Source: Macrostomum lignano (Eukaryota). Taken from it: a DNA stretch of 64,000 nucleotides. Numbering within the stretch: position 1 is the first letter of the stretch; every line of letters begins with the position of its first letter. A program made the translations under genes and the position numbers. This document shows, piece by piece, positions 29,736 through 42,204 of this stretch. Below the pieces are notes generated by a model, which ran no database searches, was not told the DNA's origin, and worked only from the letters and a program-made list of their open reading frames with translations. Where the stretch lies: contig NIVC01001221.1 of assembly GCA_002269645.1 (NCBI GenBank), positions 159,338 to 223,337 of the forward strand. The letters run 5' to 3'.

Positions 29736-32700
29736 TCAGGAAGGACTGTCACTGACGCCAGTACGGCACAGGCAAAACTTTCGCAGGTGAGGCGCGACCT
29801 CAGTGACGCAGTGAGCCTGACTGCCGTACCGGTTGATGCGGGAGGCCTCCGAAGTGGAGGACAGCAGCAGCAGCGGACTGCCGAAACGCGATCGCTGCAG
29901 GCCGAACTGCACCGACGCCTCAAAGAGGCCTCCGTTCGGCTCTGTGACGAGGCGGAGCGTCAGGTAGCCGGCAGCGAGCAGCGCCGAGTTCTCCGCGTTG
30001 TAGGCCACGTAGCGCCAGCTGACGTGGCGCTCGCGGCGAGCCAGATCCTCGCTTGCCTGCGGTGTTGCACAGAGGGGGGAGTAGCTCGGGGGTTGTTCGA
30101 ATCTGTACTCGTCTATTTCGGGCTGGTGCACAAAAAATGTCTCAGGAAGACTCAAGCGGTCACTCACCAAGCTGACCTCGGCCTCCGTGACATTCCCCAG
30201 CTGCAGCTCATGGCACAGGTGTCGGAACGGCTCAGTGGCCGAGTTCATCTGGTTCACTGCGAACCGAGCGGCTCTCACGGCCAGCTCGTTCGAGCTCGGC
30301 TCTTGAATCTTCTTCAGCCGCAGACACGAGCACCAGTGAGTCGGAATGCCCGCATCTGAGCAGCTGCGAGTCTCCGGAACGGCCTCATCGATCAGCGAGT
30401 ACGATGTGAGGCTGGCGCCACTCGCTTCGAGCGTGGTAGAGTCTCTGAGTCCAGATAAATTCAACAGAGTCCTGTGAATGTCGACAGGCGTTGTGAGTCT
30501 ATTTGCATTGGTCCTCAGCATCTCTGCCGCATCTTTCTTGCGGCTCATCAGCTGCCTGCTCAGCGCGATGCTCATGAGCGGTAGCGACTCCTCCAGCTTG
30601 CCCTGCATGGAGTTCCTCAGCGGTCCGTGCCGCTGGCCGTGGTCCGACATCAGGATGATGCTGGTGTTGCTGCTGAGGTTGGCGGCCTCGAACCAATCTA
30701 GGAACTTGACGAGCTCAGCGTCCATGGGAGACAGGTCTTGATTCTCGTGCGACAAAGAGCTGAAGAAGGTGAAGGCGAACTTGGGCCTGTCCGGGTGCAG
30801 GGTGAAGAGATCCTTGACGGTTGAGAGCATTCTGGCGCTGGCGATCTCGTCTCCGATGCAGATGGCGTTGGTCTGCAGCCGCTCCTGCTGCAGCAGCGCC
30901 GGTCTCAGGTAGAAATCCGTGGGCTCGCGTCTGAAGCCGTGAAACCTCAGCTGGAAAGTGCCTGAAAATTCGCGATATTACGAATAAATTCCATGTCAAG
31001 ACCAGCAGCGGAGCAAGTGAAATAACTCAATCCTGACTAACTGACTAGTAACAGAATGAGGACTTCGCTGCAAGGTGAAACGAGTGGTAAGCAAAGCTCA
31101 ACCAATAATTATTAGGCAAAAGTCACACCAGAAACGAACAGTGGGTAGGTCAAGAAATGTCTCTGCAAGTCGCTAATTACTTTACTAAAGCCCTCTTAAC
31201 TGCCAGAGGCCTAGAACTTCTTGCTACCCACTGAAGTCCAGAGGACTCCCCAGGGGAGTTCAAGGACCGAATGGCTTGTACAGAGTACAGAGGATCGACT
31301 GAAGGACTAAGCCAAGAACTTCTACTCGGAGACAGGGAGTTCTAGAGCAGCTGCAGAGTAATGTTTTGCGGTTTGTGAGGATGGTGAACCGCTGGGTAAT
31401 CTTTTAGCGCTATAATTGCAGTGCCATTTGTCATAACTTGAAGTTCATAAGTTGCTGAGCCTCTTTGGGCCATAAAAGTCGCAGAAGCCTGCAGACTTCA
31501 ATGTGTACAGATTACTCTAGGTCCAGACGCCGCCTGCAAAAAATAACAAAGCAGATCTTCGCCTATGCGAAAATTTGTTGTTAAGCATTCGCTGTCATGT
31601 TTTTGTTATGGGCGTGGTTTTTTATCTTTGCTGTATTGTTAGCTTACTGACCCATACACCCCAGTCAGATACGTGAAATAATTGTTTATTTGTGTTTATA
31701 CTAGGTCATAAGATCCTGCAATTGTTGAATCGTTTGCTAGTAATGTGGACAAGGCGTCTATGAATTGCATTTCTGTTTTACATTAGTGCGGATTAGTTGG
31801 CTGAGCCACCCTCTGCAAATAAACTAACGAAAAATAGTAGCTCGTAAAACTGATCGATTTTTTAAGACAAAGAAACCAACGAAGCCCCAAATTAACCCTG
31901 AGCTTGAGCCGGTTACCAGTGAGTGACCTACTGGGCTCTCAATCGCTAAAATAGATCCAGCTTGTTGCAATGTTTATTCTACTGGCTGGCTAGTTTATGA
32001 CGTAGGGTAAATGCATAGAATTTATATTTTTCATTAGATATATGTTGTCGAACGCAAGTTAAGTTTTCAGGCTAAGTGTAACACTATACTTGTGTTGAAT
32101 TAATTTGCAAAGGCACACTTGGAGCAGAGCGTCTTCAACTAGTTCAAAGAATTTGCGCATGTTAAATAATTTTTTTATTCTAGTCTACCAGACATCTTTT
32201 AAGTTTCAAATTTGGTACATGTAAAATCTCCGATTCGTTCTCTCCACCTGGGTCAGGGGGGAAATGGTTGCCTCTTGTTTCCTCCGGTTCCAATATTTGC
32301 TTCCGATTATACTCGTAATTGAGGCGCTTCACAAAACCGATAGTAAAAAATCAGTTTTAAAATTCGCTTTTAAAAAGAGCTATTGCGTCGGCTGCAAGGA
32401 TTGGGGGTGGCCCCATGCACGCACCTTCAATAATTACGTCATCTTATGCTGGCACCCATTTTACAGCTGAGGAAACTGAAGCAATGCAGAGTTAAGTGTC
32501 TTGCTCAAGGACACAATTTGCTCTGAGTGGGTCGAGAGTCGAACCTCACACTTTTTAGCCGTCGCCTATTCAGAATGGTGAATAAATTTGATAGTCTGAG
32601 TGTCATAGACAGAGTTCACTGTTCTTAACAGTACTTTGCTTAGGGCACGAACCCATAGTTAAACAAGAGGTTTATGTAGCATAACAGCATGTGGTTGTGT

Positions 32701-34144
32701 GACTAAATGCACTACACATACACCTACGCTATTGTGACTGCGCGCTTATTCCAATGCACTCTTTTGACTGTTGAGTCTTATAATTTGCGCTCTTTATTCA
32801 GACCACCCTACACAGCTTATTTTAGAGAGCTTGTAATGAGACACCAGGCACGTTGCAATATCTTAGGCGCGAGTTTCGTTTCTCTGCACAAAAAGGTACC
32901 CTGAAATTTAACCCTGAGGGTGCAAAATTACAGTCAACATCCAGACGAAAGAACTCTATGAATTGTTACAAGAAAGTCAGAATTCACTGTCATTTAAACT
33001 AGGCGATGCAGTTCGTGTTCAATTCATTGATGCCCACTTGTCACAAGTCGGAAGATTTGGTTGTCATTTCACTTGTTCAGGGCGAATGCTTCAGACCTCA
33101 AGCTGACAACTCAAAAAACGCGCTCTCACCGTATTCAGACTGCTCCTCTCCGTACAGAGTGACGAAGCCCCGGTCCCGCAGGTCCTGGAAGATCCACCGA
33201 AGCGAGTCGTCCAGAAATCGAGCTCCAGCGAAGCCCTTCCGAGACTCGGGCATGTCGGCCTCCCGAACCCCCGTCAGGATGGGCAGCAGGGCGGCGGGCG
33301 AGCCGTCTCCCATGATGTTGTACTGCTGCAGGGTGATGGCGCCAAGGCGGTCCTGCATGATGCGGCTGGCTCGGGGCAGCGACCGCAAGCTCTCGAGTCG
33401 GGACAGCGAGTCCAGGCCCAGCATGATGACGTTGCCGAGCTCCGAGCTGTCGGTCGGCGACCCCCCGCGACTGCCGGCTGCAGACGACGTCGCTCGCTTC
33501 ACTCCGTAGTAGACGGAGCTGTGGCGGCTGGTGCGGTCTGGCGACTGGCAGGAAGCTCGAAATCCCAGGCTGGGCAGCTCGTCTCCGCTGCGGAGCGGCC
33601 TGGCGCTGCCGAACTCGCTCGACTGGTCGTCCACCCACACGACGGGCTCCGCGGTGCAGCTGCTGCCAGAGAACTTCGGCTTTAGGTAGACCCTGGACTC
33701 GGACACTCTCAACCAATTTTCGGCACTGCCGCCCGCCTTCCAGCAGAAGTCAGCCGGCATCGGGACGGGCCGGTGATCGTGGATGAACTTTGTTTCCAAC
33801 GGTAGGTTCGGGGACTGACAATTTCGCTTACTGAATTCTTCTGTCTTTGGTGGCAAGCTGTTAAGACGAATTGGGTTATTCCATTCATGAGCTGCAATAT
33901 TTAAGAAACATTTAAAAGATGCTAGCAGCAAAATTCAAGCTTACCTATTGATAATGGCGTTAAAATGTTCTTCTTCCAGCGCCTCTGCATACTGCATATA
34001 GTCCGACGGCAGTGCGTGGTTAAAGAACCAGAGAATGGTGGCAGTGCAGGACAGACAAGCAATGGACAGGATCACCAGCGACCACAGGGAAAATCTCGTG
34101 TTGAATGTTAGTCGCTTGAATATTCGCCTGGTTTTTAAAGACAT
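29736..34144 (-). CDS. DUF229-family protein, copy 3 (intact, 702 aa)
   Basis: Exons 34144-33945, 33857-33130, 30961-30168, 30122-29736 (200+728+794+387 = 2109 nt); GT-AG with consistent phases; distinct N-terminal TM exon; 45-bp last intron. Confidence 0.92.
32430..32555 (-). mobile_element. 5'-truncated CORE-SINE copy at the intron position equivalent to 25441-25605
   Basis: + strand CCCATTTTACAGCTGAGGAAACTGAAGCAATGCAGAGTTAAGTGTCTTGCTCAAGGACAC is MIR-core-like; shares the flank ATTCAGA..AATGGTGAATAAATT with the copy 2 element. Confidence 0.7.
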
Positions 34145-35344
34145 TTCCTACTGTCACAGTGTAATGGTATTCTCCTATAATGGTATCTCTATTGGCTTAT
34201 ATTAGAGTTAACTTGCTTCTGAAGTTGCTATCAGTGGCGGTAAGGTCTATAGGGAGTCATATATACTCGGAGAAAGTCCCGAATATTTGACTCACTTGTG
34301 TGCGTGAGTGTAGTGTACAGCGGTGCGGAGCTTGTACTGCAGTCCTGCGTACACGCTATCTATGCCTGCCCTAAATAAACGCGTGCAAGGGTTGGCCGGT
34401 CCAACTGCCTTGGTTGGGCGGAGGTGGGCGGCGCAACGAATTGGAAACAGCATGGCTGGAAGGCTTTTTGGAAGAACTGGTTGGGGGATATTGCGCGAAC
34501 CATAGGAGCGAAACCCAACCAACCAAGTTCATTCTTACCCTTATATGCAGGCAGGGAGGAAATTCCGGAAAGGGCACCACACAGGCCTCTCTTTCTTGAC
34601 TCACCCTCTTGGGTTTCGAATCGCCTCACCAGGCCCAGCATCCCAGACCCCTAAATTTCTCTCGCCTCTCGTCTCTCTACCCTCGTCCCCAATTCCATGT
34701 CCTTCGTGGTTGGGCCAAGGAGTCTCGTAGCCAGAATCTGAAGTGGCAGCTCTAAATTGAAGCCATATTTTGGCTATAAAATTGATCAAGGAATAAAAGA
34801 AGCTTTTCTACATCATAAATTTTTGACGTATAAACTTTTGACATGTTGACTGCTAGAAAAAAACACACAAAACGGTTTAAGACTGAGGCTGAGTGTTTTG
34901 AGCAATCTTTGACCAACGATACTAGTGACAATATGAGCCAGCCTTAAGTATCGTCCTTGATCGTCCAGCAGTCGGTCTTATGAAGCCCCTAATCTGAAAA
35001 TTGGGTTCTGAAGCTGAGTTTGTCACTCCAAATACTGATTCTGGTTCTCTTTGGCTGGGTCAGTACTGCCGCTATGAAAGAGTAAGGGGGTGGGCAACCA
35101 ATCCCAGTTCCATCCCTAGCCCAGCTGCCATTGGTTCGAGTTCCGAGCCCTGCACACTAAAGCATCCAAATGTGCTGGGCAGCTTCTCTTGTTGGCATTC
35201 GCAGAACATTTTCCGAATTGAACATTGCAATTCAACTGTTTGCTACCAGGTTTATGAAACTAAATAAAGCAAGGTTCAACACACTCGGGCCCTCGGGTCT
35301 TTTGAGTCGAAACTTTACAAAAGCAATCCGGCCCAATTAATGTT

Positions 35345-36215
35345 TTTGCCTCTTCAGCTCTCTTCTCTCTAATCTCCTGTCTTCTATTTTTCTCTCCTCT
35401 CTTCTCCCTTCTTTCCCTTCTATCATTTCTCTTCTCCTCTCCTCTCCTCTCCTCTCCTCTCCTCTCCTCTCCTCTCCTCTCCTCTCTTCTATCCTTTCCT
35501 CTCCTCTCCTCTCCTCTCCTCTCCTCTCCTCTCCTCTCCTCTCCTCTCCTCTCCTCTCTTCTATCCTTTCCTCTCCTCTCCTCTCCTCTCCTCTCCTCTC
35601 CTCTCCTCTCCTCTCCTCTCCTCTCCTCTCCTCTCCTCTCCTCTCCTCTCCTCTCCTCTCCTCTCCTCTCCTCTCCTCTCCTCTCCTCTCCTCTCCTCTC
35701 CTCTCCTCTCCTCTCTCTCCTCTCCTCTCCTCTCCTCTCCTCTCCTCTCCTCTCCTCTCCTCTCCTCTCCTCTCCTCTCCTCTCCTCTCCTCTCTCTTCT
35801 CCTCTCATCTCCTCTCCTCTTCTCTCCTCTCCTCTCCTCTCCTCTTCTCTCCTCTCCTCTCCTCTCCTCTCCTCTCCTCTCCTCTCTTCTCCTCTAATCT
35901 CCTCTCCTCTTCTCTCCTCTCCTCTCCTCTCCTCTCCTCTCCTCTCCTCTCCTCTCCTCTCTTCTCCTCTCATCTCCTCTCCTCTCTTCTCCTCTAATCT
36001 CCTCTCCTCTCCTCTCCTCTCCTCTCCTCTCCTCTCCTCTCTTCTCCTCTCCTCTCCTCTCCTCTTCTCTCCTCTCCTCTCCTCTCCTCTTCTCTCCTCT
36101 CCTCTCCTCTCCTCTCCTCCCTCCCCTCACCTCTCCTCTCCTTTATTCCCTCTCCTTTTTTGCCTCTGCTTTCTCTTATCTTATTTCTCTATTCCCTCTC
36201 CTCTCTCCCCTCCTC
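35345..36215. repeat. (CTCCT)n pentanucleotide polypyrimidine tract
   Basis: Direct reading. Confidence 0.97.
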
Positions 36216-36842
36216 TGGCCCACAGTCATGCCCTTGAGGCAAAAAAGTCTGCCCACCCCTGAACTGAACGATATTACCATTATTGTTGTGTTCAGCGCCC
36301 AGCATGTGTGAGCTGTGCAACCTGCAAGGGCAAAAGGCGCAAGGATGGTTGATGAATTTTCAATGTTGCTGAGTGATCATTAGTTGGTTTTTAGTGTGAG
36401 TAGCCCGGTCGCAGATGCCCCCTTCCCAAAAGACAGCCTACGATATTCTGTGGAAAGATTCAAAGTAATTTTAGCGGTCGAACTATAGTGAACCAGTCTG
36501 CAGACACCCGAGTTTCGATTTTCAATAATCGAGCCTCTACCCTGGGACGTCCTTAGTCAGAAACTAGGGCTTTCTAGCTTCAAGATTTCCTGCCCGGGCC
36601 TCTTGCCGTTTTGTGCCCGTTAAGAACAGCAGATTATTCACAAGGCTCGACTCGCTTCTACTTTGATGAATACAAAACTGACTGAACTGCATTCGCGATA
36701 AATTATCATGCCAGAAAATCTTGCATGCCACCCCCTGGTGCAAGTGGGCATTTGCAGCGACATATGGAAAGTGGAATATCTTTAAACATACCGATTCGTT
36801 TCCAAGAATAGCTTGGCAGGACAAGATAGAAGCGGGTAAAGT

Positions 36843-37166
36843 TGCTGGCGCCCCTTGGTGCTGGCGCCCCTTGGTGCTGGCGCCCCTTGGTGCTGGCGCC
36901 CCTTGGTGCTGGCGCCCCTTGGTGCTGGCGCCCCTTGGTGCTGGCGCCCCTTGGTGCTGGCGCCCCTTGGTGCTGGCGCCCCTTGGTGCTGGCGCCCCTT
37001 GGTGCTGGCGCCCCTTGGTGCTGGCGCCCCTTGGTGCTGGCGCCCCTTGGTGCTGGCGCCCCTTGGTGCTGGCGCCCCTTGGTGCTGGCGCCCCTTGGTG
37101 CTGGCGCCCCTTGGTGCTGGCGCCCCTTGGTGCTGGCGCCCCTTGGTGCTGGCGCCCCGTGGTGCT
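36843..37166. repeat. Near-perfect 16-bp repeat CTGGCGCCCCTTGGTG
   Basis: ~20 essentially identical units. Confidence 0.98.
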
Positions 37167-37611
37167 ATTCTTTTTTTCCATTTAAAACTTGAAAACATAG
37201 AGTTAAAAAACATCCTCGCTTAAATGCACTTTTCAATTTCATTGAATTTGAATTTCATTGCGTTTCAAAGTCTGGTAGCTCGTAATTTCTATAGTACGTT
37301 GAAATTTTTATCGCACAAAATCAAAACTTAGATAGATTCTCATCTCAGTTTAGTTCAGTTTTCTGCTGGGGGGAGCCTGCCGGGTAACATGGAATCAGAC
37401 GCAGGTACAGGATGCGCCTTGGGGGGAGGGTTGGCTCCCATGTAGATCGCCTGACAAGCGCTCTTAATCGAGTCAAATCAAGGGAAATAGAAGGACGCCA
37501 TACTCGACTTTCTCGACACTCCCAGGGGTTGTCGCTACCGGGGGGGGACAAGGGAACATTCAGGACCTGATAAAGAAATTAGTAATTTTGATTCAGGCCG
37601 ACAAAATATAG

Positions 37612-38640
37612 CGCCTGTGGCTCTATATATAAATGAGTGCCTGTGGCTCCAAAATGAGTGCCTGCGGTGCCAAAATGAGTGCCTGCGGTGCCAAAATGAG
37701 TGCCTGCGGTGCCAAAATGAGTGCCTGCCTGCGGTGCCAAAATGAGTGCCTGCGGTGCCAAAATGAGTGCCTGCCTGTGGCGCCAAAATGAGTGCCTGTC
37801 TGCGGCGCCAAAATAAGTGCCTGTCTGTGGCGCCAAAATGAGTGCCTGTCTGCGGCGCCAAAATGAGTGCCTGCCTGTGGCGCCAAAATGAGTGCCTGTC
37901 TGCGGCGCCAAAATAAGTGCCTGTGCCTCCAAAATGAGTGCCTGTCTGCGGCGCCAAAATGAGTGCCTGCCTGTGGCGCCAAAATGAGTGCCTGTCTGCG
38001 GCGCCAAAATGAGTGCCTGCCTGTGGCGCCAAAATGAGTGCCTGTCTGCGGCGCCAAAATAAGTGCCTGTGCCTCCAAAATGAGTGCCTGTCTGCGGCGC
38101 CAAAATGAGTGCCTGCCTGTGGCGCCAAAATGAGTGCCTGTCTGCGGCGCCAAAATGAGTGCCTGTCTGCGGCGCCAAAATGAGTGCCTGCCTGTGGCGC
38201 CAAAATGAGTGCGTGTCTGCGGCGCCAAAATAAGTGCCTGTGGCGCCAAAATGAGTGCCTGTCTGCGGCGCCAAAATGAGTGCCTGCCTGTGGCGCCAAA
38301 ATGAGTGCGTGTCTGCGGCGCCAAAATAAGTGCCTGTGCCTCCTAAATGAGTGCCTGTCTGCGGCGCCAAAATGAGTGCCTGTGGCTTCAAAATGAGTGC
38401 CTGTGGCTTCAAAATGAGTGCCTGTGGCTTCAAAATGAGTGCCTGCGGCTCCAAAATGAGTGCCTGCGGCGCCAAAATGAGTGCCTGCCTGCGGCGCCAA
38501 AGGCAGTGCCTGCACCTGCGGCGCCAAAATGAGTGCCTGCCTGCGGCGCCAAAATGAGTGCCTTCGGCGCCAAAATGAGTGCCTTCGGCGCTAAAATAAG
38601 TGCGTGTCTGCGGCACCAAAATGAGTGCCTGCGGCGCCAA
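37612..38640 (+). repeat. 20-24-bp minisatellite AAAATGAGTGCCTG(TCTG)CGGCGCC
   Basis: ~45 units; the same family occurs inverted at 45448-46025. Confidence 0.96.
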
Positions 38641-38976
38641 AAGTTCAAAATGATGAACATTGGGCCTGCCTCCTATCGAAAGCAATAACAATTTTATTTG
38701 AAAAAAAGTGAAAACTTTTTATCTCCGTAGTGTCTTTTTTGGCAAAAAAACTGACACCCTATCATTCTCTAAGAAAATTATGGCTTCACGTCCTTCTACT
38801 TAAGTAGTCCTTGATTTAGTCATGTGCATATGCATATGTAGAATTCTTGGCTTTGTCCCTCCACCCGCCCACCACAAGATCCATGGCGCATTGGCGAAGC
38901 CCCTGGATTTTCCTGATGGCAAGTGCAATTACGTTCGTAGAATGCTCTAATGAACGCTTCGCGCTGCGTTCAGGCA

Positions 38977-39020
38977 GTTCAATAGGACAGGTTTCTTAAT
39001 TGAAACCTGTCCTATTGAAC
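38977..39020. other. Perfect 19-bp inverted repeat with 6-nt spacer (hairpin)
   Basis: GTTCAATAGGACAGGTTTC-TTAATT-GAAACCTGTCCTATTGAAC. Confidence 0.9.
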
Positions 39021-39029
39021 AGGTCGTAC

Positions 39030-39372
39030 TCGACCACCGCCTGGAACAGCGCCGCCCTCTGGCGATCAGGTAGGGCCTCGGACTGCAGGACCGCCCTCAC
39101 AGAGCGAAAGGCAGCCCAAGCGAGCCCGCGGCGACGCTGCAGATCTTCGCGGACGTCAGGTACCAGACCGCCGAGGTAGACGAACTGCTGACAGCGCGGA
39201 AGCTCCGTTACCTGCCCGTCAGCGCCTCCGCAGAAAATTGCGGCCTCGATGTCGCCCGGCACGCAGAGCACAACAGTCTTCTTCGTGTTGACCACCAGGC
39301 TGGCGCTCGCTGCAGCGCTAACCAGCTTGTCCAGCTGGCGCCGGGCGGCCTCTAGGTACTGAACTGCCGTAC
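39030..39372 (-). mobile_element. Non-LTR retrotransposon reverse transcriptase C-terminal fragment (RTE/L2-like)
   Basis: LVVNTKKT...QFVYLGG...DLQRRRGLAWAAFRSV..VLQS..L..RQRAALFQAVVE follows the post-YADD pattern of LINE RTs; YADD and endonuclease are absent. Confidence 0.8.
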
Positions 39373-39967
39373 CTACACAGACCTTAGACAGTGTTTTGAC
39401 CATAGACGAAAGTCGAAACATTAATTGAATGATTGGCATGTCTCTTTAAAATGAATGTTTGAGGCCTAACATATACGGTTCTATCGTGATTTTCTATGGT
39501 CAGACACATTAACTACCTCTTACAAAGCCTTTGAGATTATGTTCATTGTCAGGTGAATTTTGAAGGGCGAGAATAAGGCAAATTAACGGTGAGTCACAGA
39601 ATAACTTAGTAAACCGTGTGCGTATCACACCGACTTAATTGCGGCTGTCTGTTCATTTGGTCAGGTTTGTCAAAAGAGCAACCGAGGTTCGAGACTTCGA
39701 GATCCGGAGCTCAGAAGAAAACAAGAAAACAAATGAGTTTTGAATAATAATTTTTATTCTGCTTTTTTTCATATTTCACAGCAAACCTTTGATTTCACTT
39801 AAAAGGCAGGAACAGTTTGACATTGCGCCAAAAATTTGCTTGCTTTTAATTATCGGATATTCCTTTACACATTATTTTCATACTACTGTTCAGTAGGCGA
39901 TTTCCTTCTCCTAATTTAAGTCTCCTACTCCTAATTTCACATAGCCTCAAAGTCCTTGTCATTCACT

Positions 39968-40275
39968 TGACACAGGCCTCTACATGTACATTGCGGTTGA
40001 AGCGCACTGACACAGGCCTCTACATGTACATTGCGGTTGAAGCGCACTGACACAGGCCTCTACATGTACATTGCGGTTGAAGCGCACTGACACAGGCCTC
40101 TACATGTACATTGCGGTTGAAGCGCACTGACACAGGCCTCTACATGTACATTGCGGTTGAAGCGCACTGACACAGGCCTCTACATGTACATTGCGGTTGA
40201 AGCGCACTGACACAGGCCTCTACATGTACATTGCGGTTGAAGCGCACTGACACAGGCCTCTACATGTACATTGCG
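39968..40275. repeat. Perfect 40-bp repeat TGACACAGGCCTCTACATGTACATTGCGGTTGAAGCGCAC
   Basis: ~7.7 identical units. Confidence 0.98.
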
Positions 40276-40691
40276 CGGAAGTGCTTTGACACAATGAAAC
40301 TGCGCTCTCAGAAGCGATATATTTGCCCAATCTAGATTGCAGCTACCAAAGTCAAGGCAACACTGAGAAAACCAACACAAAATGATTAAAGTATTTTTCA
40401 TATAAATTCGTAAATTGAGCTACATGTACACTTGACTACTCTCTCTCTCTTCCTCATCTCTTAGTTGCAGACTCCTACCTACTTAAAAACTAAATCTTCC
40501 TAACCCTACTAATAGTAGCCAAATAAGTAGCCATATTGTGATTCTGATTATTGTTAATAAAATCATGATAAAACCGAGTTCCGATTTTCCGATTTTCTTA
40601 AAATATGTATATAAGTAGTAAACAACTAAGTAATAGATGTGGCTCGTATAGCACACACACGTACAGCATCTTGTACTGCAGACACACCAAA

Positions 40692-41141
40692 CTAGCACTC
40701 TCCAGGACAGCACTCTGCAAGACAGCACTCTGCAGGACAGCACTCTCCAGGACAGCACTCTGCAGCAGGACAGCACTCTTCAGCAGGACAGCACTCTTCA
40801 GCAGGACAGCACTCTGCAGGACAGCACTCTCCAGGACAGCACTCTGCAGGACAGCACTCTGCAGGACAGCACTCTTCAGGACAGCACTCTGCAGGACAGC
40901 ACTCTGTAGGACAGCACTCTCCAGGACAGCACTCTCTAGGGCAGCACTCTCCAGGACAGCACTCTCCAGGACAGCACTCTCCAGGGCAGCACTCTCCAGG
41001 GCAGCACTCTCCAGGACAGCACTCTCCAGGACAGCACTCTCCAGGACAGCACTCTCCAGGGCAGCACTCTCCAGGACAGCACTCTCTAGGGCAGCACTCT
41101 CCAGGACAGCACTCTCCAGGACAGCACTCTGCAGGACAGCA
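40692..41141. repeat. 15-bp minisatellite CAGGACAGCACTCT(C/G)
   Basis: ~29 units; source of the SAVLE / RTALS ORFs. Confidence 0.96.
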
Positions 41142-42204
41142 CCATCGACTAAATCACTCTCCACTATACAGTAAATTGCGTTGTCCAATTTCAGTAAAAA
41201 CAATATCATCCCTTGACCAATTGTGACAGCTGCTGTTACAGTAGACAAGAACACTACTGTCAAGTATCTTCGGCAGACACTGCACACTGCACTGATAGAG
41301 GTGACGTGTCTGCAGAACGCCAGAATCGAACCCACAGGCCCCTTGTGGCAGCCGTCCCCCCCCTCTGCCGCAAGGGTCCATCAAAACTTTCGTTTGGCTA
41401 AAAACAGCTCATAAAACAAGGAAGCCGCCACGTTGTGCCCGACACCAGCATAGCAACTGTTCTGGGCGATTATAGCTTATAGAAACACACAGGCAGCCGT
41501 GAGGCTGACAGACGGACAGGCGGACAGCAAAACTGGGGTATGTTGGTAGACAGACAGACAGACACGGACACGCTGTCAAGGGATAGGGGAAGAGGTGGCT
41601 TTGGTTACACAAATATCCTTCGCACTGACGCACAGCTATGCATGTGGCAACGTTTTTTTGTGATCAACACTTAAAATTTTGGCAGTAGGTCTGGCCAATG
41701 TTGCGATCGGTGCCTGGTGGACCGACCGAGCCCTGCTCTGAGCTCAAGATAGTATATATAGGTTCTCTTTATTTAGCAGTCCATCGTGCTCAAAGCTTGT
41801 GCGAGAAAACGCCCATAAAGATCGTTATTACTAAAGTCAGGTTGCCTTTTTAGGGGACATTGAAAAACTTTTAACATCTGCACCCAGCCAGCCAGTAGCT
41901 TAATGGGATTCGGCTGTTTATTGCACCTTCTTCTCTAGAGATTGTAAAACCGACCGACCCCCCCCCCTTAAGTCCGAGTGCGAGTGGGGGTGAGCTCGAA
42001 TCAAACTTCGAGTTTTATCATCGCGAAGGTGGCTGGCCTAATTTAGAAATAGAAGTGGCGGGGACGGTGGTGGAGCTTTGATTGACCGGTTCTTACTGGC
42101 AAGGCAAGTTCTGTTTGTCTGGGATTTACGAGACTGATTCGCTTGAGAAAGGTTGTCGAGTCAAAAGTGAAAATGAAACCAATGTGGCATAACCAATATG
42201 GCAT

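Noticed and set aside
29736-30830. 364-aa ORF as a single exon
   Set aside because: It reads through a 45-bp GT-AG intron that is 47 bp and frame-breaking in copy 2
34290-34800. GC-richer island upstream of DUF229 copy 3, possible LTR
   Set aside because: No second copy, TG..CA ends, PBS or PPT found in the window
35260-38691. RGEER, WCWRPLVLAP and GTHFGAA ORFs
   Set aside because: Repeat artefacts, open in several frames
39968-40275. CRISPR-like regular array
   Set aside because: Units are head-to-tail with no unique spacers; eukaryotic context, no cas genes
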